Shown here piece by piece: positions 50,234 through 59,648 of a stretch of 64,000 nucleotides of DNA (the first letter of the stretch is position 1; every line of letters starts with the position of its first letter). Origin of the DNA: an uncultured Lentimicrobiaceae bacterium. Lineage in GTDB: Bacteria > Bacteroidota > Bacteroidia > Bacteroidales > F082. The notes under the pieces were generated by a model. That model was given only the letters and a program-made list of their open reading frames with translations, made no database searches and had not been told where the DNA came from. A program made the translations under genes and the position numbers. Where the stretch lies: NCBI GenBank assembly GCA_964456625.1, contig CAYWBO010000003.1, positions 8,892 through 72,891 of the forward strand. The letters run 5' to 3'.

Positions 50234-51115
50234 ATGAGTTGGGAAAATGACGTATCGGAGCTGTTAACCGATCAGCTGGGAAAGCCGGTCGGAATTCTGT
50301 CATTCTCATCGGTAGGTGGCGGTTCCATCAACCTGGCCTATCGACTGGAAACCACCGAAGGATCATTCTTTATAAAAATAAACGATGCTTCCCGTTACCC
50401 TGAAATGTTTCAGAAAGAAGCGGTGGGGTTACAGGTTCTTTCCGATGCGCGTGAAATACCGGTTCCCGAAGTGATCGGTTTCGGAGAAAGCGGAAACCAG
50501 TCGTTTTTGGTGTTGAAGTTTATCGAATCCAGGTCACATGCCCCGGATTTCTGGGAGGATTTCGGACACCGGCTGGCCGCGTTGCACAAGCATAGCCAAC
50601 CTGCATTCGGACTTTCTCACGATAATTATATCGGATCCTTGTATCAAAGTAATAAGGAACATGATTCATGGGGCGTATTTTTTACCGAAGAGCGACTCAG
50701 GCCGATGATCCGCATGGCGTTCGATCATGGCCGGATGGACCGGGACGATGTGAAAGCTTTTGATCTCTTCGAAAAATATCTGCCTGAAGTTTTTCCGGAA
50801 GAACCGCCGGCCTTGATCCACGGAGATCTGTGGAGCGGAAATTATATGGCGGATGAGCAAGGCCATGCCGTGATTATAGACCCGGCAGTATATTACGGTC
50901 ATCGTGAAATGGACCTGGGCATGTCGCAGCTTTTCGGGGGGTTCCATTCCCGGTTTTATGAAGCGTATCATGAGGCCCATCCGCTGTATCCCGGATGGCA
51001 GAAAAGATTGGATTATTGCAATCTGTATCCGTTGCTGGTGCATGTAAACCTGTTCGGTAGATCTTACCTTGGTGAAGTCAGATCCATCCTGCGAAAATTC
51101 AGCATGAATAACTGA
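50234..51115 (+). CDS. Fructosamine/ketosamine-3-kinase-family protein
   Basis: Kinase-like fold motifs include HGDLWSGN. The start is set at the ATG (MSWENDV) rather than the GTG at 50210. Confidence 0.82.
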   Translation: MSWENDVSELLTDQLGKPVGILSFSSVGGGSINLAYRLETTEGSFFIKINDASRYPEMFQKEAVGLQVLSDAREIPVPEVIGFGESGNQSFLVLKFIESRSHAPDFWEDFGHRLAALHKHSQPAFGLSHDNYIGSLYQSNKEHDSWGVFFTEERLRPMIRMAFDHGRMDRDDVKAFDLFEKYLPEVFPEEPPALIHGDLWSGNYMADEQGHAVIIDPAVYYGHREMDLGMSQLFGGFHSRFYEAYHEAHPLYPGWQKRLDYCNLYPLLVHVNLFGRSYLGEVRSILRKFSMNN

Positions 51116-51279
51116 TGAAATATAATTTTCCCGGTTTTTATTCATTGCTTTTCATCAGGAACATAGCGAAGTTGTTAATTCTCTAAAGTCATCCCTATAA
51201 AAACAACGATAAATCCGTTAAGTCTCACTTTTTCAAAGATCATTGCGTATATTTGTACAACCAATTTTTCTTGCCTGCT

Positions 51280-52389
51280 ATGGAAAAACACCTTTTCATC
51301 AACGATCGCATTTTCAGAGCTTCTCTTTTCACTGCCGCGGTGATCATTATCCTTGCCGGTGTGATGATGGCAGAGTCGATCATCACCATGTTGTTGATGG
51401 CTTTTTTCATCAGTGTGATCGGCGCTCACCTGGTTTCGTGGATTGATGAGAAGAAAGTGCCGCATGTGCTCTCTGTCATTATCGTGATGCTTGGCATCTT
51501 ACTGATCATTCTGGGTTTGAGCAGCATTATCGGTGGTTCTGTTTCCAGTTTTACCTCCCATCTGGGAAAATATGAAAATCGTCTTACGGGCATTATATCT
51601 TCTGTAAATCAGGAATTTACACGATTTGGTTTCAATTTCTCCACGCAAAAAATCACCCAGATGTTCGACCCGGTCAAGATTCTGGATATTACCGCGTCCA
51701 CACTGGGACAACTGGGAAATGTGATGAGCAACACCACGCTGATCTTTTTCATTGTGTTGTTTGTCTTGCTTGAAATGAAAAGTATTTCCCTGAAATCCAA
51801 GATTTTCGGCGCTTCTTCTGCCGGAAAAACGATGAAGAACCTTTCTCGTATTGAAAGAAGTGTACGGCATTACCTGGTCATCAAGACGGTTGTCAGTTTG
51901 ATGACCGGGATTCTGATAGGGATCTGGTTGAGTATCCTGGGTGTTGAATACGCCATTCTGTGGGCGCTGATCGCCTTTTTGCTGAACTATATCCCGAACA
52001 TTGGTTCGATCATCGCCGCGATTCCGGCTATGTTATTTACCTGGATTCAGCTGGGATTTATTCCCATGATCTGGGTCGCCGTGGGTTATCTGGCCGTCAA
52101 CCTGCTGATCGGTTATTTCTTCGAGCCGAGGATCATGGGACGCGGCATGGGACTTTCCACACTGGTGGTGTTCCTCTCCCTGATCGTTTGGGGATATGTG
52201 CTTGGGGTTGTGGGGATGTTCCTATCGGTGCCGCTGACCATGACGCTGAAGATTATCCTGGAATACAACGAAAATACCAAGGCGCTGGCCGCCATGCTGG
52301 GTACTGATGAGGAAGCACTAAAACTGATCAACGAAAAGGAGCTGCGCCGTCTTAATAATAACCCGGAAAATTTTTCAGAGCAACAATAG
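51280..52389 (+). CDS. AI-2E family (PerM/UPF0118) transporter
   Basis: Polytopic membrane protein typical of this family. The start is set at MEKHLF, 25 nt after a TATATTTG motif (51248-51255). Confidence 0.85.
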   Translation: MEKHLFINDRIFRASLFTAAVIIILAGVMMAESIITMLLMAFFISVIGAHLVSWIDEKKVPHVLSVIIVMLGILLIILGLSSIIGGSVSSFTSHLGKYENRLTGIISSVNQEFTRFGFNFSTQKITQMFDPVKILDITASTLGQLGNVMSNTTLIFFIVLFVLLEMKSISLKSKIFGASSAGKTMKNLSRIERSVRHYLVIKTVVSLMTGILIGIWLSILGVEYAILWALIAFLLNYIPNIGSIIAAIPAMLFTWIQLGFIPMIWVAVGYLAVNLLIGYFFEPRIMGRGMGLSTLVVFLSLIVWGYVLGVVGMFLSVPLTMTLKIILEYNENTKALAAMLGTDEEALKLINEKELRRLNNNPENFSEQQ

Positions 52390-52489
52390 AATTAAAAGCA
52401 TTGCGGGCATCCTATTTAGCATGATTATATGATATTTTCTATTGCTTTTCTCAGTATTTTTGCCCCCTTATTTAAATAAACATTTTTGT

Positions 52490-54166
52490 ATGGAACCGGC
52501 CGAAGGCAACATTAAGTCACTTAATTTTATAGAGTCGATTATTGAAGACGACCTTAAAAAAGGAAAGCATAAGGAAAGGATTCATTTTCGTTTTCCACCG
52601 GAACCCAATGGTTTTCTGCACATCGGTCATGCCAAAGCTATTTGCCTGAATTTTGGACTGGCAGAAAGGTACAACGGACTTTGCAATTTACGTTTTGACG
52701 ATACCAATCCTACCAAGGAGGAGACAAAATATGTGGAGTCCATCCAGGAAGATATCCGCTGGCTCGGATTTCAGTGGCACGATAAACCGTTTTATGCTTC
52801 CGATTATTTTGATCAGCTTTATGAATGGGCAGTTCAGATGATCAAAGACGGCAAAGCTTATGTGGATGAACAAACTCAGGAAACCATCAGCCAGCAACGG
52901 GGAATTCCGACCCGTCCCGGAACGGAAAGTCCATACAGAAATCGTTCTGTGGAGGAAAATCTTGCCCTTTTCGAAAGGATGAAAAACGGAGAGATCCAGG
53001 ATGGCACGATGGTGTTGCGCGCCAAAGTGGATATGAATTCTCCCAACATGCACATGCGCGACCCGATTATGTACCGTGTGCTGCATGCCCATCATCACAG
53101 GACTAAAGACAAATGGAATATTTATCCCATGTACGATTATGCCCACGGGCAGTCGGACTATATCGAAGGCATCACCCATTCGTTGTGCACGCTGGAGTTT
53201 GAAATTCACCGTCCGCTTTACGACTGGTTTCTTGATCAGGTAGCCGACGGCCCAAGGCCGCGGCAGATTGAATTTGCCCGCCTGAACCTGAGTTATACCG
53301 TGATGAGCAAACGCAAGTTGCTGGAGCTTGTGAATAAGGCGCTGGTGTCCGGCTGGGACGATCCCCGGATGCCTACTATTTCGGGCTTGCGTCGCCGCGG
53401 CTACACCCCGGAATCCATCCGTGATTTTGCCGACCGTATCGGTATTGCCAAACGCGACAATGTAATTGATGTGAGTCTGCTGGAGTTCAGCGTGCGCGAA
53501 CATCTGAATAAAGTGGCTCCCCGTGTTTTCAGCGTGCTGGATCCAGTCAAGGTTATTCTGACCAACTATCCTGAAGATAAGGTGGAGGTTCTGGAAATTG
53601 AAAACAATCCGGAAGATCCGGAAAGCGGAAAAAGGAAAATTCCTTTCTCAAGGGAATTGTACATCGAGCGTGAGGACTTCATGGAAAATCCACCGAAAAA
53701 ATTCTTCCGGCTGGGACCCGGAACCGAGGTTCGTCTGAAAGGCGCTTACATTATCAAATGTGAGAACTACAAGACAGATGAAAATGGTAAAATTACTGAA
53801 ATCTACTGTACTTACGATGAAGGAACCAAAAGCGGCGGACACGACCAGCGGAAAGTGAAAGGAACCTTGCACTGGGTTTCGGTACCGCATGCCATAGATG
53901 CGGAAGTCAGGCTTTACGACCGGCTTTTCTTGGATGAAGATCCTGCCGGGCACAAAGAAGTCGACTTTAAAGAATTTTTAAATCCCGACTCACTGAAAGT
54001 GCTGCAGAATTGCAAGCTGGAGCCTTCGCTTCAGGATGCTGTTGCCGGAGACAAGTTTCAGTTCCAGCGTTTGGGATATTTCTGCGTTGACCTGGACAGC
54101 AAGCCGGGACACATCGTCTTTAACAGGACCGTGCCGTTGCGTGACAGCTGGGCCAAGAAAAACTGA
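52490..54166 (+). CDS. glnS: Glutamine--tRNA ligase
   Basis: HIGH motif ([13 protein letters not shown]) and KMSKS-type motif (VMSKR). The start is set at MEPAEGN, 28 nt after a TATTTTTG motif (52455-52462). Confidence 0.92.
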   Translation: MEPAEGNIKSLNFIESIIEDDLKKGKHKERIHFRFPPEPNGFLHIGHAKAICLNFGLAERYNGLCNLRFDDTNPTKEETKYVESIQEDIRWLGFQWHDKPFYASDYFDQLYEWAVQMIKDGKAYVDEQTQETISQQRGIPTRPGTESPYRNRSVEENLALFERMKNGEIQDGTMVLRAKVDMNSPNMHMRDPIMYRVLHAHHHRTKDKWNIYPMYDYAHGQSDYIEGITHSLCTLEFEIHRPLYDWFLDQVADGPRPRQIEFARLNLSYTVMSKRKLLELVNKALVSGWDDPRMPTISGLRRRGYTPESIRDFADRIGIAKRDNVIDVSLLEFSVREHLNKVAPRVFSVLDPVKVILTNYPEDKVEVLEIENNPEDPESGKRKIPFSRELYIEREDFMENPPKKFFRLGPGTEVRLKGAYIIKCENYKTDENGKITEIYCTYDEGTKSGGHDQRKVKGTLHWVSVPHAIDAEVRLYDRLFLDEDPAGHKEVDFKEFLNPDSLKVLQNCKLEPSLQDAVAGDKFQFQRLGYFCVDLDSKPGHIVFNRTVPLRDSWAKKN

Positions 54167-54183
54167 TCTAAAATTATCTGAAA

Positions 54184-54699
54184 TTATTTTTTCCCTGCTT
54201 TTGATTTGCGCAGGTGATTGTGGTATTCTTTGTCAGCGATGTAAAGAAGCTTCTCCACCGTGGCATAAATGGTGCCGTTGTTGTCCACAAAACTGGCCGG
54301 CAGGCTTAGGTGCATCTTTTTGTTGGCCGCTACCTCTTTTTTGATTTCTTCCAACAGTTCATTGGTAATTAAAAACCTGGCAATCACAGTTTTGTCGACG
54401 GGTCTCAAAAAACGGACACTCGCCTCTTTGTCCCAAACCACATAATCTTTCCCCAGAATATTGATGAGTTGCACCATGTACATCGGGTCGAGGGCACCGA
54501 AGATGCTTCCGCCGAAAACGGTCCCCACGTAATTCTTTGTTCGCCAGTAAAGCCGCAACCTGACGTGAATTTCCCTGTAATCGGAAGAAATGAATTTTAC
54601 CCGGGCGCCGGTGCTGCGGTATGCCGGAAAGAAATTGAAATACAATCTTCTGATCCGTGTTGCACGGCTCTCTTTCTTTTCGGTTTCAAAAAGCTTCAC
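54184..54699 (-). CDS. Hot-dog-fold thioesterase-like protein (DUF4442/YiiD C-terminal-like)
   Basis: 171 aa. The family assignment is from memory of the general sequence pattern only. Confidence 0.5.
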   Translation of the reverse strand: MKLFETEKKESRATRIRRLYFNFFPAYRSTGARVKFISSDYREIHVRLRLYWRTKNYVGTVFGGSIFGALDPMYMVQLINILGKDYVVWDKEASVRFLRPVDKTVIARFLITNELLEEIKKEVAANKKMHLSLPASFVDNNGTIYATVEKLLYIADKEYHNHLRKSKAGKK

Positions 54700-54721
54700 G
54701 TGAGATGGGTTTAATGGAATA

Positions 54722-55702
54722 TCAGGGGATGTAAACTTCCAGAAGCTTGGTGGTACCGTTGGTATCCAGCAGGATCTCTTCTATGACGTTCGGTACCAAT
54801 ACGGCTTCTCCTTTCCTGATCTCCAAGGTACCTTTGCTCCAGGCAATTCTTCCTGAACCTTCCACACACATGTAGATGACAAAGGAATCCATTTCTTCCA
54901 GATTTTTGGTAATGGGCTGGTCGAACTCAAGCACATTGGTAATGAAGTACGGGCTTTTCACGAGCGTTGCCGTCCTGTTTTTGGAGGTGGCAAATTCAGT
55001 TTTGTAATGCGGTGGCACGGCATAATCGATGGCGTCCAGGGCCTGTTCTGTGTGCAGTTCCCGCTTTATCCCGGCTTCATCAACCCGATCCCAGTCGTAG
55101 ATGCGATAGGTAGCGTCTGAGTTTTGCTGGATTTCTGCCAGCAGGATGCCGGGGCCGGTAGCATGAACCCTGCCTGCGGGCATAAAAAACACGTCGCCCG
55201 CCTTCACCGTTTCATAGTTGAGGATCTCGGGAAGCTTGCTTTCGTTCAGATATTTTAAATAGAGTTCCTTGTCGATTTTTTCCTTAAAACCGATGATGAG
55301 TTGTGCATTTTCATCGGCCTGCAGGATGTACCACATTTCGGTTTTTCCGTTGGGCAGCTTTCTTTTTTGTGCCAACTCGTCATCAGGATGCACCTGAATG
55401 GACAGCCAGTCGCGGGCATCAATAAATTTCAGCAGTAATGGAAACTCATCTCCAAACGCTTCATAGACCGAATCACCTACCAAATCACCCATGTAAACGC
55501 TGATGAGCTCGTTCAGGTCGTTGCCTTCAAGGAAGCCGTTTTGGACAATGGAAACATTGTCTTTGTACCCTGAAATGACCCAAGCTTCGCCGCAGTTGGG
55601 CAGCTTACCGAAATCCAAATCCAGTACGGTTTTAATTTTATCGCCACCCCAGAGTTTGTCTTTAAAAAGGGGGTGGAATTTCAGAGGATATAATGAGTTC
55701 AT
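54722..55702 (-). CDS. Class I mannose-6-phosphate isomerase
   Basis: The N-terminus YPLKFHPLFKDKLWGG and the cupin motifs (QVHPDD, HA.GPG) are present. The start is set at MNSLYPLKF. Confidence 0.83.
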   Translation of the reverse strand: MNSLYPLKFHPLFKDKLWGGDKIKTVLDLDFGKLPNCGEAWVISGYKDNVSIVQNGFLEGNDLNELISVYMGDLVGDSVYEAFGDEFPLLLKFIDARDWLSIQVHPDDELAQKRKLPNGKTEMWYILQADENAQLIIGFKEKIDKELYLKYLNESKLPEILNYETVKAGDVFFMPAGRVHATGPGILLAEIQQNSDATYRIYDWDRVDEAGIKRELHTEQALDAIDYAVPPHYKTEFATSKNRTATLVKSPYFITNVLEFDQPITKNLEEMDSFVIYMCVEGSGRIAWSKGTLEIRKGEAVLVPNVIEEILLDTNGTTKLLEVYIP

Positions 55703-55818
55703 TTTTTTTTCGTTGAAGGGCAAAACTACATAATTTTTTCCTTCTGATTTTTTTGCATTCATGTTGAAGCTTTCATCATGTTTAAGATGCAGAAACAATC
55801 TTTTTTTACTTTTATACC

Positions 55819-56085
55819 ATGATATTCATTGGAGGCCTCTACCCAAAAACGGAGCAATATCGTTCAAACGTCAAAGAGCATTGTTTTCACTGCAACAATG
55901 ACGCATACTGGATTTTACAGAAGACCCGGCAGGTGCTGAGCCTGTTTTTTCTGCCCATTGCCAGGTTTAAAACAGAATATTTCTATCATTGTCCCGTTTG
56001 CGGACAGGGAAGAAATCTGGATCCGGATGAATTCGACGAAAAAGCCCGTCAAGCGGAAAAGATACTCACGCAGGGTAAACAATGA
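55819..56085 (+). CDS. Small zinc-ribbon protein
   Basis: 88 aa with two CxxC pairs (CFHC and CPVC). Confidence 0.55.
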   Translation: MIFIGGLYPKTEQYRSNVKEHCFHCNNDAYWILQKTRQVLSLFFLPIARFKTEYFYHCPVCGQGRNLDPDEFDEKARQAEKILTQGKQ

Positions 56086-56115
56086 AATTTCTATAACCTT
56101 ATAAATAAAAACCGA

Positions 56116-56856
56116 ATGGAAAAATTAGAACTTAACAAAAAGGAAAAACTTGGATTGATCTTTGATTTTATGCAACGGACTATGGTGCATTATGCCCTGT
56201 GGTACCAGGAGGTGAAAGAGAACTTTGGGGCCGAACGGGCCGCCGAAATTATGGACGACGCCTGGCAGAAAAGTTTTTCCATTCAGATGAAAAGGTTGTC
56301 AAAGGTTATGGATTTTGAGCTGGAAGACGGCTTTCCGAAAGCTTTGCTGGAGCTGGATGACAGCAAACTTGACGAACTGCGTGAAGCCGTGGCTGTTAAC
56401 TGGCTGGCTAATGACGGCGTGTGGTTTCAGGCGGTGGAATTTTCGGAAGGCATGACGCCAGCCAAAAAATGCAACGACGCCGCCTGGGGAAAATTCTCTC
56501 CTTATGAAGCGTTGCGGATTAAGAAGATCCTGAATCTTACGGAAAAACCAGGCATTGCCGGATTGAAAAAGGCGATGGCTTTCAGACTGTACGGAACGGT
56601 GAATACCCAGTCGTTTGCCAACGAAACTAAACACAGCATCGATTTCTTTATGAATGAGTGCCGCGTGCAGTCGGCGCGAAAGAGAAAGGGACTGGATGAT
56701 TATCCCTGTAAATCGGGCGGGATTATCGAATACACCACTTTTGCCAAAACCATCGATTCGCGTATTAAAACCCGCATCATCGGCTGTCCGCCGGATGTGC
56801 ATCCGGATAATTGGTACTGTGGATGGCGGTTTTATATAAGTACGAATGATGAATGA
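56116..56856 (+). CDS. Hypothetical protein with a Cys-containing C-terminal region
   Basis: 246 aa and soluble. It lies 30 nt downstream of the zinc-ribbon gene. I cannot assign a family with confidence. Confidence 0.7.
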   Translation: MEKLELNKKEKLGLIFDFMQRTMVHYALWYQEVKENFGAERAAEIMDDAWQKSFSIQMKRLSKVMDFELEDGFPKALLELDDSKLDELREAVAVNWLANDGVWFQAVEFSEGMTPAKKCNDAAWGKFSPYEALRIKKILNLTEKPGIAGLKKAMAFRLYGTVNTQSFANETKHSIDFFMNECRVQSARKRKGLDDYPCKSGGIIEYTTFAKTIDSRIKTRIIGCPPDVHPDNWYCGWRFYISTNDE

Positions 56857-56916
56857 TTATCGATGAAGTTGAAAGTCGGAAGACCGAAACTTATCATGAA
56901 TCGATCAACATTCATC
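56848..56916. other. Long imperfect hairpin spanning the stop codon of the 56116-56856 gene
   Basis: Pairings read directly: GATGAATG 56848-55 with CATTCATC 56909-16; ATCGAT 56859-64 with ATCGAT 56900-05; AAGTT 56866-70 with AACTT 56888-92; TCGG 56876-79 with CCGA 56884-87. Confidence 0.6.
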
Positions 56917-56920
56917 ATTC

Positions 56921-57150
56921 CATCTGCGGCAGGGATTGAAGTGGAAGCTTGCCGAAAGCGCTGCGTATGAAGCTGCCGGCGGGTGGAGGCGACCGGAGGA
57001 AGCCCACGCACCGCATGTAGATACACGCAAGGGCTGAGGCAACTTGAGCGGAAAGCCCGGTTCAGCCGCCCGGAAAAGGTGGCCAGGTGACTGTGTGACG
57101 GGTGACAAAAACGCACGGTGCCAACGGCCAACGCTAACGTCAACAGCCAT
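56921..57150. ncRNA. Candidate structured non-coding RNA or element of unknown family (strand unresolved)
   Basis: The block is about 61% G+C by hand count, lies between convergent genes, contains multiple Watson-Crick helices and has no plausible CDS (see findings). Confidence 0.3.
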
Positions 57151-57162
57151 TCGTTATTCCGA

Positions 57163-58056
57163 TTAGGTGGTTAATTTCTCCTGTAGCGATTTGAAACCTT
57201 CGCCAAGGATCTCGTTGGAGTTGAGTACCGTGACAAAAGCACGCGGGTCGATGTTGTTGATATACGACTGCAAAATGACGGCTTCGCGGCGGTTGACCAC
57301 CGTGAAAATGATCTGTTTTTCCTGCTGGTGATACATGCCGCTGCCGTGGAGCAAAGTGCCGCCGCGGTTAAGGTCGCCCATGATCTTCTTGCCGATTTCC
57401 TCGTATTTGTCGGAGATGATGAGCAGCACTTTGTCGTAGTTCATCCCTTCGAGGAATGTATCGACCACTTTGCCGGTGATGAAGATGACGATGAGTGAGT
57501 ACAGTGGTATTTTCCAGTCTCTGAAGAAAATAAGTCCGAGCAGGACGATGGTGGAATCGACCATGATCATGAGTTGGCCCACGGGAAGGCGCGTGTATTT
57601 ACTGATAATCATGGCGATGATGTCGCTGCCACCGGAGGTGGCTTTGGATTTGAAGATGAGCCCCAGCCCGATACCAAGGAACAGCCCTCCGAAGATGGAA
57701 GAAAGGAGCGCATCACCCACCACAAGCGGTTTATAGCCGTAGAAATACGTGATGCCATCGTTGAAGAATGCCGTGAGGACAAAACCCACAACAGTTTTGA
57801 TTCCAAAACGAGGCCCCAGGATCTTCAGCCCGATGATAGTGAGCGGGATGTCGAATGCGAGTGCCACCATTCCCACCGGTGTGTGAAACAGATAGTGGAT
57901 GATGATGGAAATGCCGTAAACACCACCCGGAACGATTTTGTAAGGGGTGATAAAAAGTACAAAACCTGAGGCCAGAATGAACGACCCCACCACAATAAGG
58001 CTGTAATCGATGAACCACCTTTTGCTGAAGACCTTGTCTTTAATAATGAATGCCAT
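57163..58056 (-). CDS. YitT-family membrane protein (DUF2179 C-terminal domain)
   Basis: 297 aa with five or six TM helices and a C-terminal soluble domain typical of YitT proteins. Confidence 0.85.
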   Translation of the reverse strand: MAFIIKDKVFSKRWFIDYSLIVVGSFILASGFVLFITPYKIVPGGVYGISIIIHYLFHTPVGMVALAFDIPLTIIGLKILGPRFGIKTVVGFVLTAFFNDGITYFYGYKPLVVGDALLSSIFGGLFLGIGLGLIFKSKATSGGSDIIAMIISKYTRLPVGQLMIMVDSTIVLLGLIFFRDWKIPLYSLIVIFITGKVVDTFLEGMNYDKVLLIISDKYEEIGKKIMGDLNRGGTLLHGSGMYHQQEKQIIFTVVNRREAVILQSYINNIDPRAFVTVLNSNEILGEGFKSLQEKLTT

Positions 58057-58226
58057 GATGCCGAATTTTCATTTTCTGCTGCCCTATAAGAAGGCAGCGG
58101 TTTATTTAATTATGTGCCTGAAAAGTAGGCCTTTAAAAAGGCGGCAAAATTAGGCATTTAAACCGAAAGGATGATCTGTTTGTTTCAATTTTTTTAAGCT
58201 CGGAAGCAATCGGTTTCTTCATATGC

Positions 58227-58262
58227 AAAAAAAAATCCGCTCCTCATAAGGCGGATTTTTTT
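58227..58262 (-). terminator. Terminator of the 58288-58689 gene
   Basis: Stem atccgc/gcggat flanked by an A-run and a T-run. Confidence 0.7.
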
Positions 58263-58287
58263 AGTTGCGTCTTTTTTTAACAAAAAA

Positions 58288-58689
58288 TTATCTATTAGTG
58301 AGCAACTGTTTATTTGTCTGAAGAAATTGGAAAATTTTTGCCGTATTGAACGGGATGTCGTTAACGTTTTTTTCTTCTGCAACTCTGAACACTTGGGTTA
58401 ATGCCTTCTGACGCAAGCAAGTCATTGCAATTTCTTCTGTGTCAAAAGGAATGTCTTTTACTTCTTGTTCTTCGGGTACGGTAAACTGAACCTTGAGCGC
58501 TTTTTGATATTGAGCTTCGGCAGCTATTTTAGCTGTATTGAACGGAATGTCGTTTACATATTGTTCTTCTACGGGAGCAAATGTAGTTTCGGCGAAGTAG
58601 CTTGAGTCAGCTGTGTTTGCACAGGCTGAACCGGAAAGGGCGATGAGTGTGATTGCCAACCCTGCTAAGATATTTTTTATTGTTTTCAT
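58288..58689 (-). CDS. Small secreted protein with three VNDIPFNT repeats (paralogue A)
   Basis: 133 aa with a signal peptide (MKTIKNILAGLAITLIALSGSACA) followed by three ~32-aa repeats centred on V[NK]DIPF[ND]T. Confidence 0.75.
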   Translation of the reverse strand: MKTIKNILAGLAITLIALSGSACANTADSSYFAETTFAPVEEQYVNDIPFNTAKIAAEAQYQKALKVQFTVPEEQEVKDIPFDTEEIAMTCLRQKALTQVFRVAEEKNVNDIPFNTAKIFQFLQTNKQLLTNR

Positions 58690-58836
58690 TGTTTTGTGCT
58701 TTATGTCGTTGTTATTCTTTACATCGTTTCGTACTAGCTAATATACCAGTACTGTGCCAAAATTTATAAATATCTATAATACAATATATTATAAGTGATT
58801 TAAAGATCCTATTATGAGGAAAATGATACTATAAAA

Positions 58837-58862
58837 CGAACAGAATTGTTCGCTTATGAACA
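58837..58862. promoter_or_regulatory. Putative operator: CGAACAGAATTGTTCG palindrome plus a third GAACA half-site
   Basis: Read directly. It lies 148 nt upstream of the paralogue A start and is conserved in unit B. Confidence 0.5.
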
Positions 58863-59044
58863 ATAAAAAATTATTTTAGAGAGTATGGAATTCTTTCCGT
58901 GAACGGGGTGATTTTTTTGGTTGCCCGCAGTTTTGTGTATTGCAGCCGACGCTGATTCGGAACCCGTTATATATTGAAGTTCAATGTTTGAAGGATTTTT
59001 TGGATTTATGAAGATCAGATCCGGTCGATGAGGTAGTGCGGGGA

Positions 59045-59076
59045 CAAAAAAAACCCGCCTTATTGCAGGCAGGTTT
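59045..59076 (-). terminator. Terminator of the 59099-59500 gene
   Basis: The minus-strand RNA reads ACCUGCCU-GCAAUA-AGGCGGGU followed by U8. Confidence 0.7.
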
Positions 59077-59098
59077 TTCATCGCAATTTAACAAAAAA

Positions 59099-59500
59099 CT
59101 ATTTATTGGTGAGTAAGAGTTGGCTTGTCCGGATAGATTCGAAAACTTTTTCCGTATTAAATGGAATGTCGTTCACGTCTTTATCTTTGGGGACATTGAA
59201 TATCTGGGTCAGGGCTTTATGGCGCAGATAATTCATGGCAATTTTTTCAGTATTAAACGGAATATCGTCTACATCTTTTTCTGCAGGTACGGTGAACTGA
59301 ACCTGGACGGCTTTCTGATACTGAGCTTCGGCAGCTATTTTAGCTGTATTGAACGGAATGTCGTTTACATATTGCTCTTCAATAGGAGCCAATGTGGATT
59401 CGGCGAGGTAGCTTGAATCAGCCGTGTTTGCGATGGCTGAACCGGAAAGGGCGATGAGTGCGATTGCGAGCCCTGCTAAGATATTTTTTATTGTTTTCAT
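59099..59500 (-). CDS. Small secreted protein with three VNDIPFNT repeats (paralogue B)
   Basis: 133 aa, collinear with paralogue A, with the same signal peptide and three repeats. Confidence 0.75.
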   Translation of the reverse strand: MKTIKNILAGLAIALIALSGSAIANTADSSYLAESTLAPIEEQYVNDIPFNTAKIAAEAQYQKAVQVQFTVPAEKDVDDIPFNTEKIAMNYLRHKALTQIFNVPKDKDVNDIPFNTEKVFESIRTSQLLLTNK

Positions 59501-59648
59501 TGTTTTATGTTTTATGTCCTTAAGACTTTTTGTTTCGTTTTGTACTAATTGTTGATCCAGTATCGTGCCAAAGTCTGTAATCTATTAAAATACAAGCAAA
59601 TAAACATAAATATCAAATCTTTTGGAAGGGGTTTATGATTGTATAAAA

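Noticed and set aside
51175-51465. 96-aa minus-strand ORF rich in His/Asp
   Set aside because: It is antisense to the 5' end of the AI-2E transporter gene and to its promoter motif, so it is a likely shadow ORF.
52688-53503. 271-aa minus-strand ORF
   Set aside because: It is antisense to glnS, so it is a shadow ORF.
56832-57150. Two overlapping minus-strand ORFs (103 aa and 81 aa) in the GC-rich spacer
   Set aside because: Their translations are Arg/Ser/Pro/Ala-rich with no protein-like pattern. They overlap each other in different frames and exist only because high G+C depletes stop codons. The region is treated as non-coding.
56921-57150. Possible SRP RNA, RNase P RNA, tmRNA, 6S RNA, or a cobalamin, guanidine-I or twister motif
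   Set aside because: Partial look-alike strings exist (GACCGGAGGAAGCC; GAGCGGAAAGCCCGG; ACGGGTGACAAAAACGCACGG). The defining conserved elements as I remember them are not present in the right arrangement or length: the GGAA tetraloop with AGCA loop of SRP, GGAAAGUCCGG and ACAGAAnCCGGCUUA of RNase P, and the tRNA-like ends of tmRNA. The location between convergent genes also argues against a riboswitch. The element is left unassigned and needs cmscan.
58754-58770. Sigma-54 promoter call for the TTGGCAC box upstream of the repeat-protein genes
   Set aside because: The -24 TGGCAC is present in both units, but the GC dinucleotide expected 10 nt after the GG is GT or GA. I report it only as a conserved box, not as a sigma-54 promoter.
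58854-59081. 75-aa minus-strand ORF between the two repeat-protein genes
   Set aside because: It spans the operator palindrome region and the terminator of the upstream paralogue. It has no counterpart in the other duplication unit and no protein-like features.
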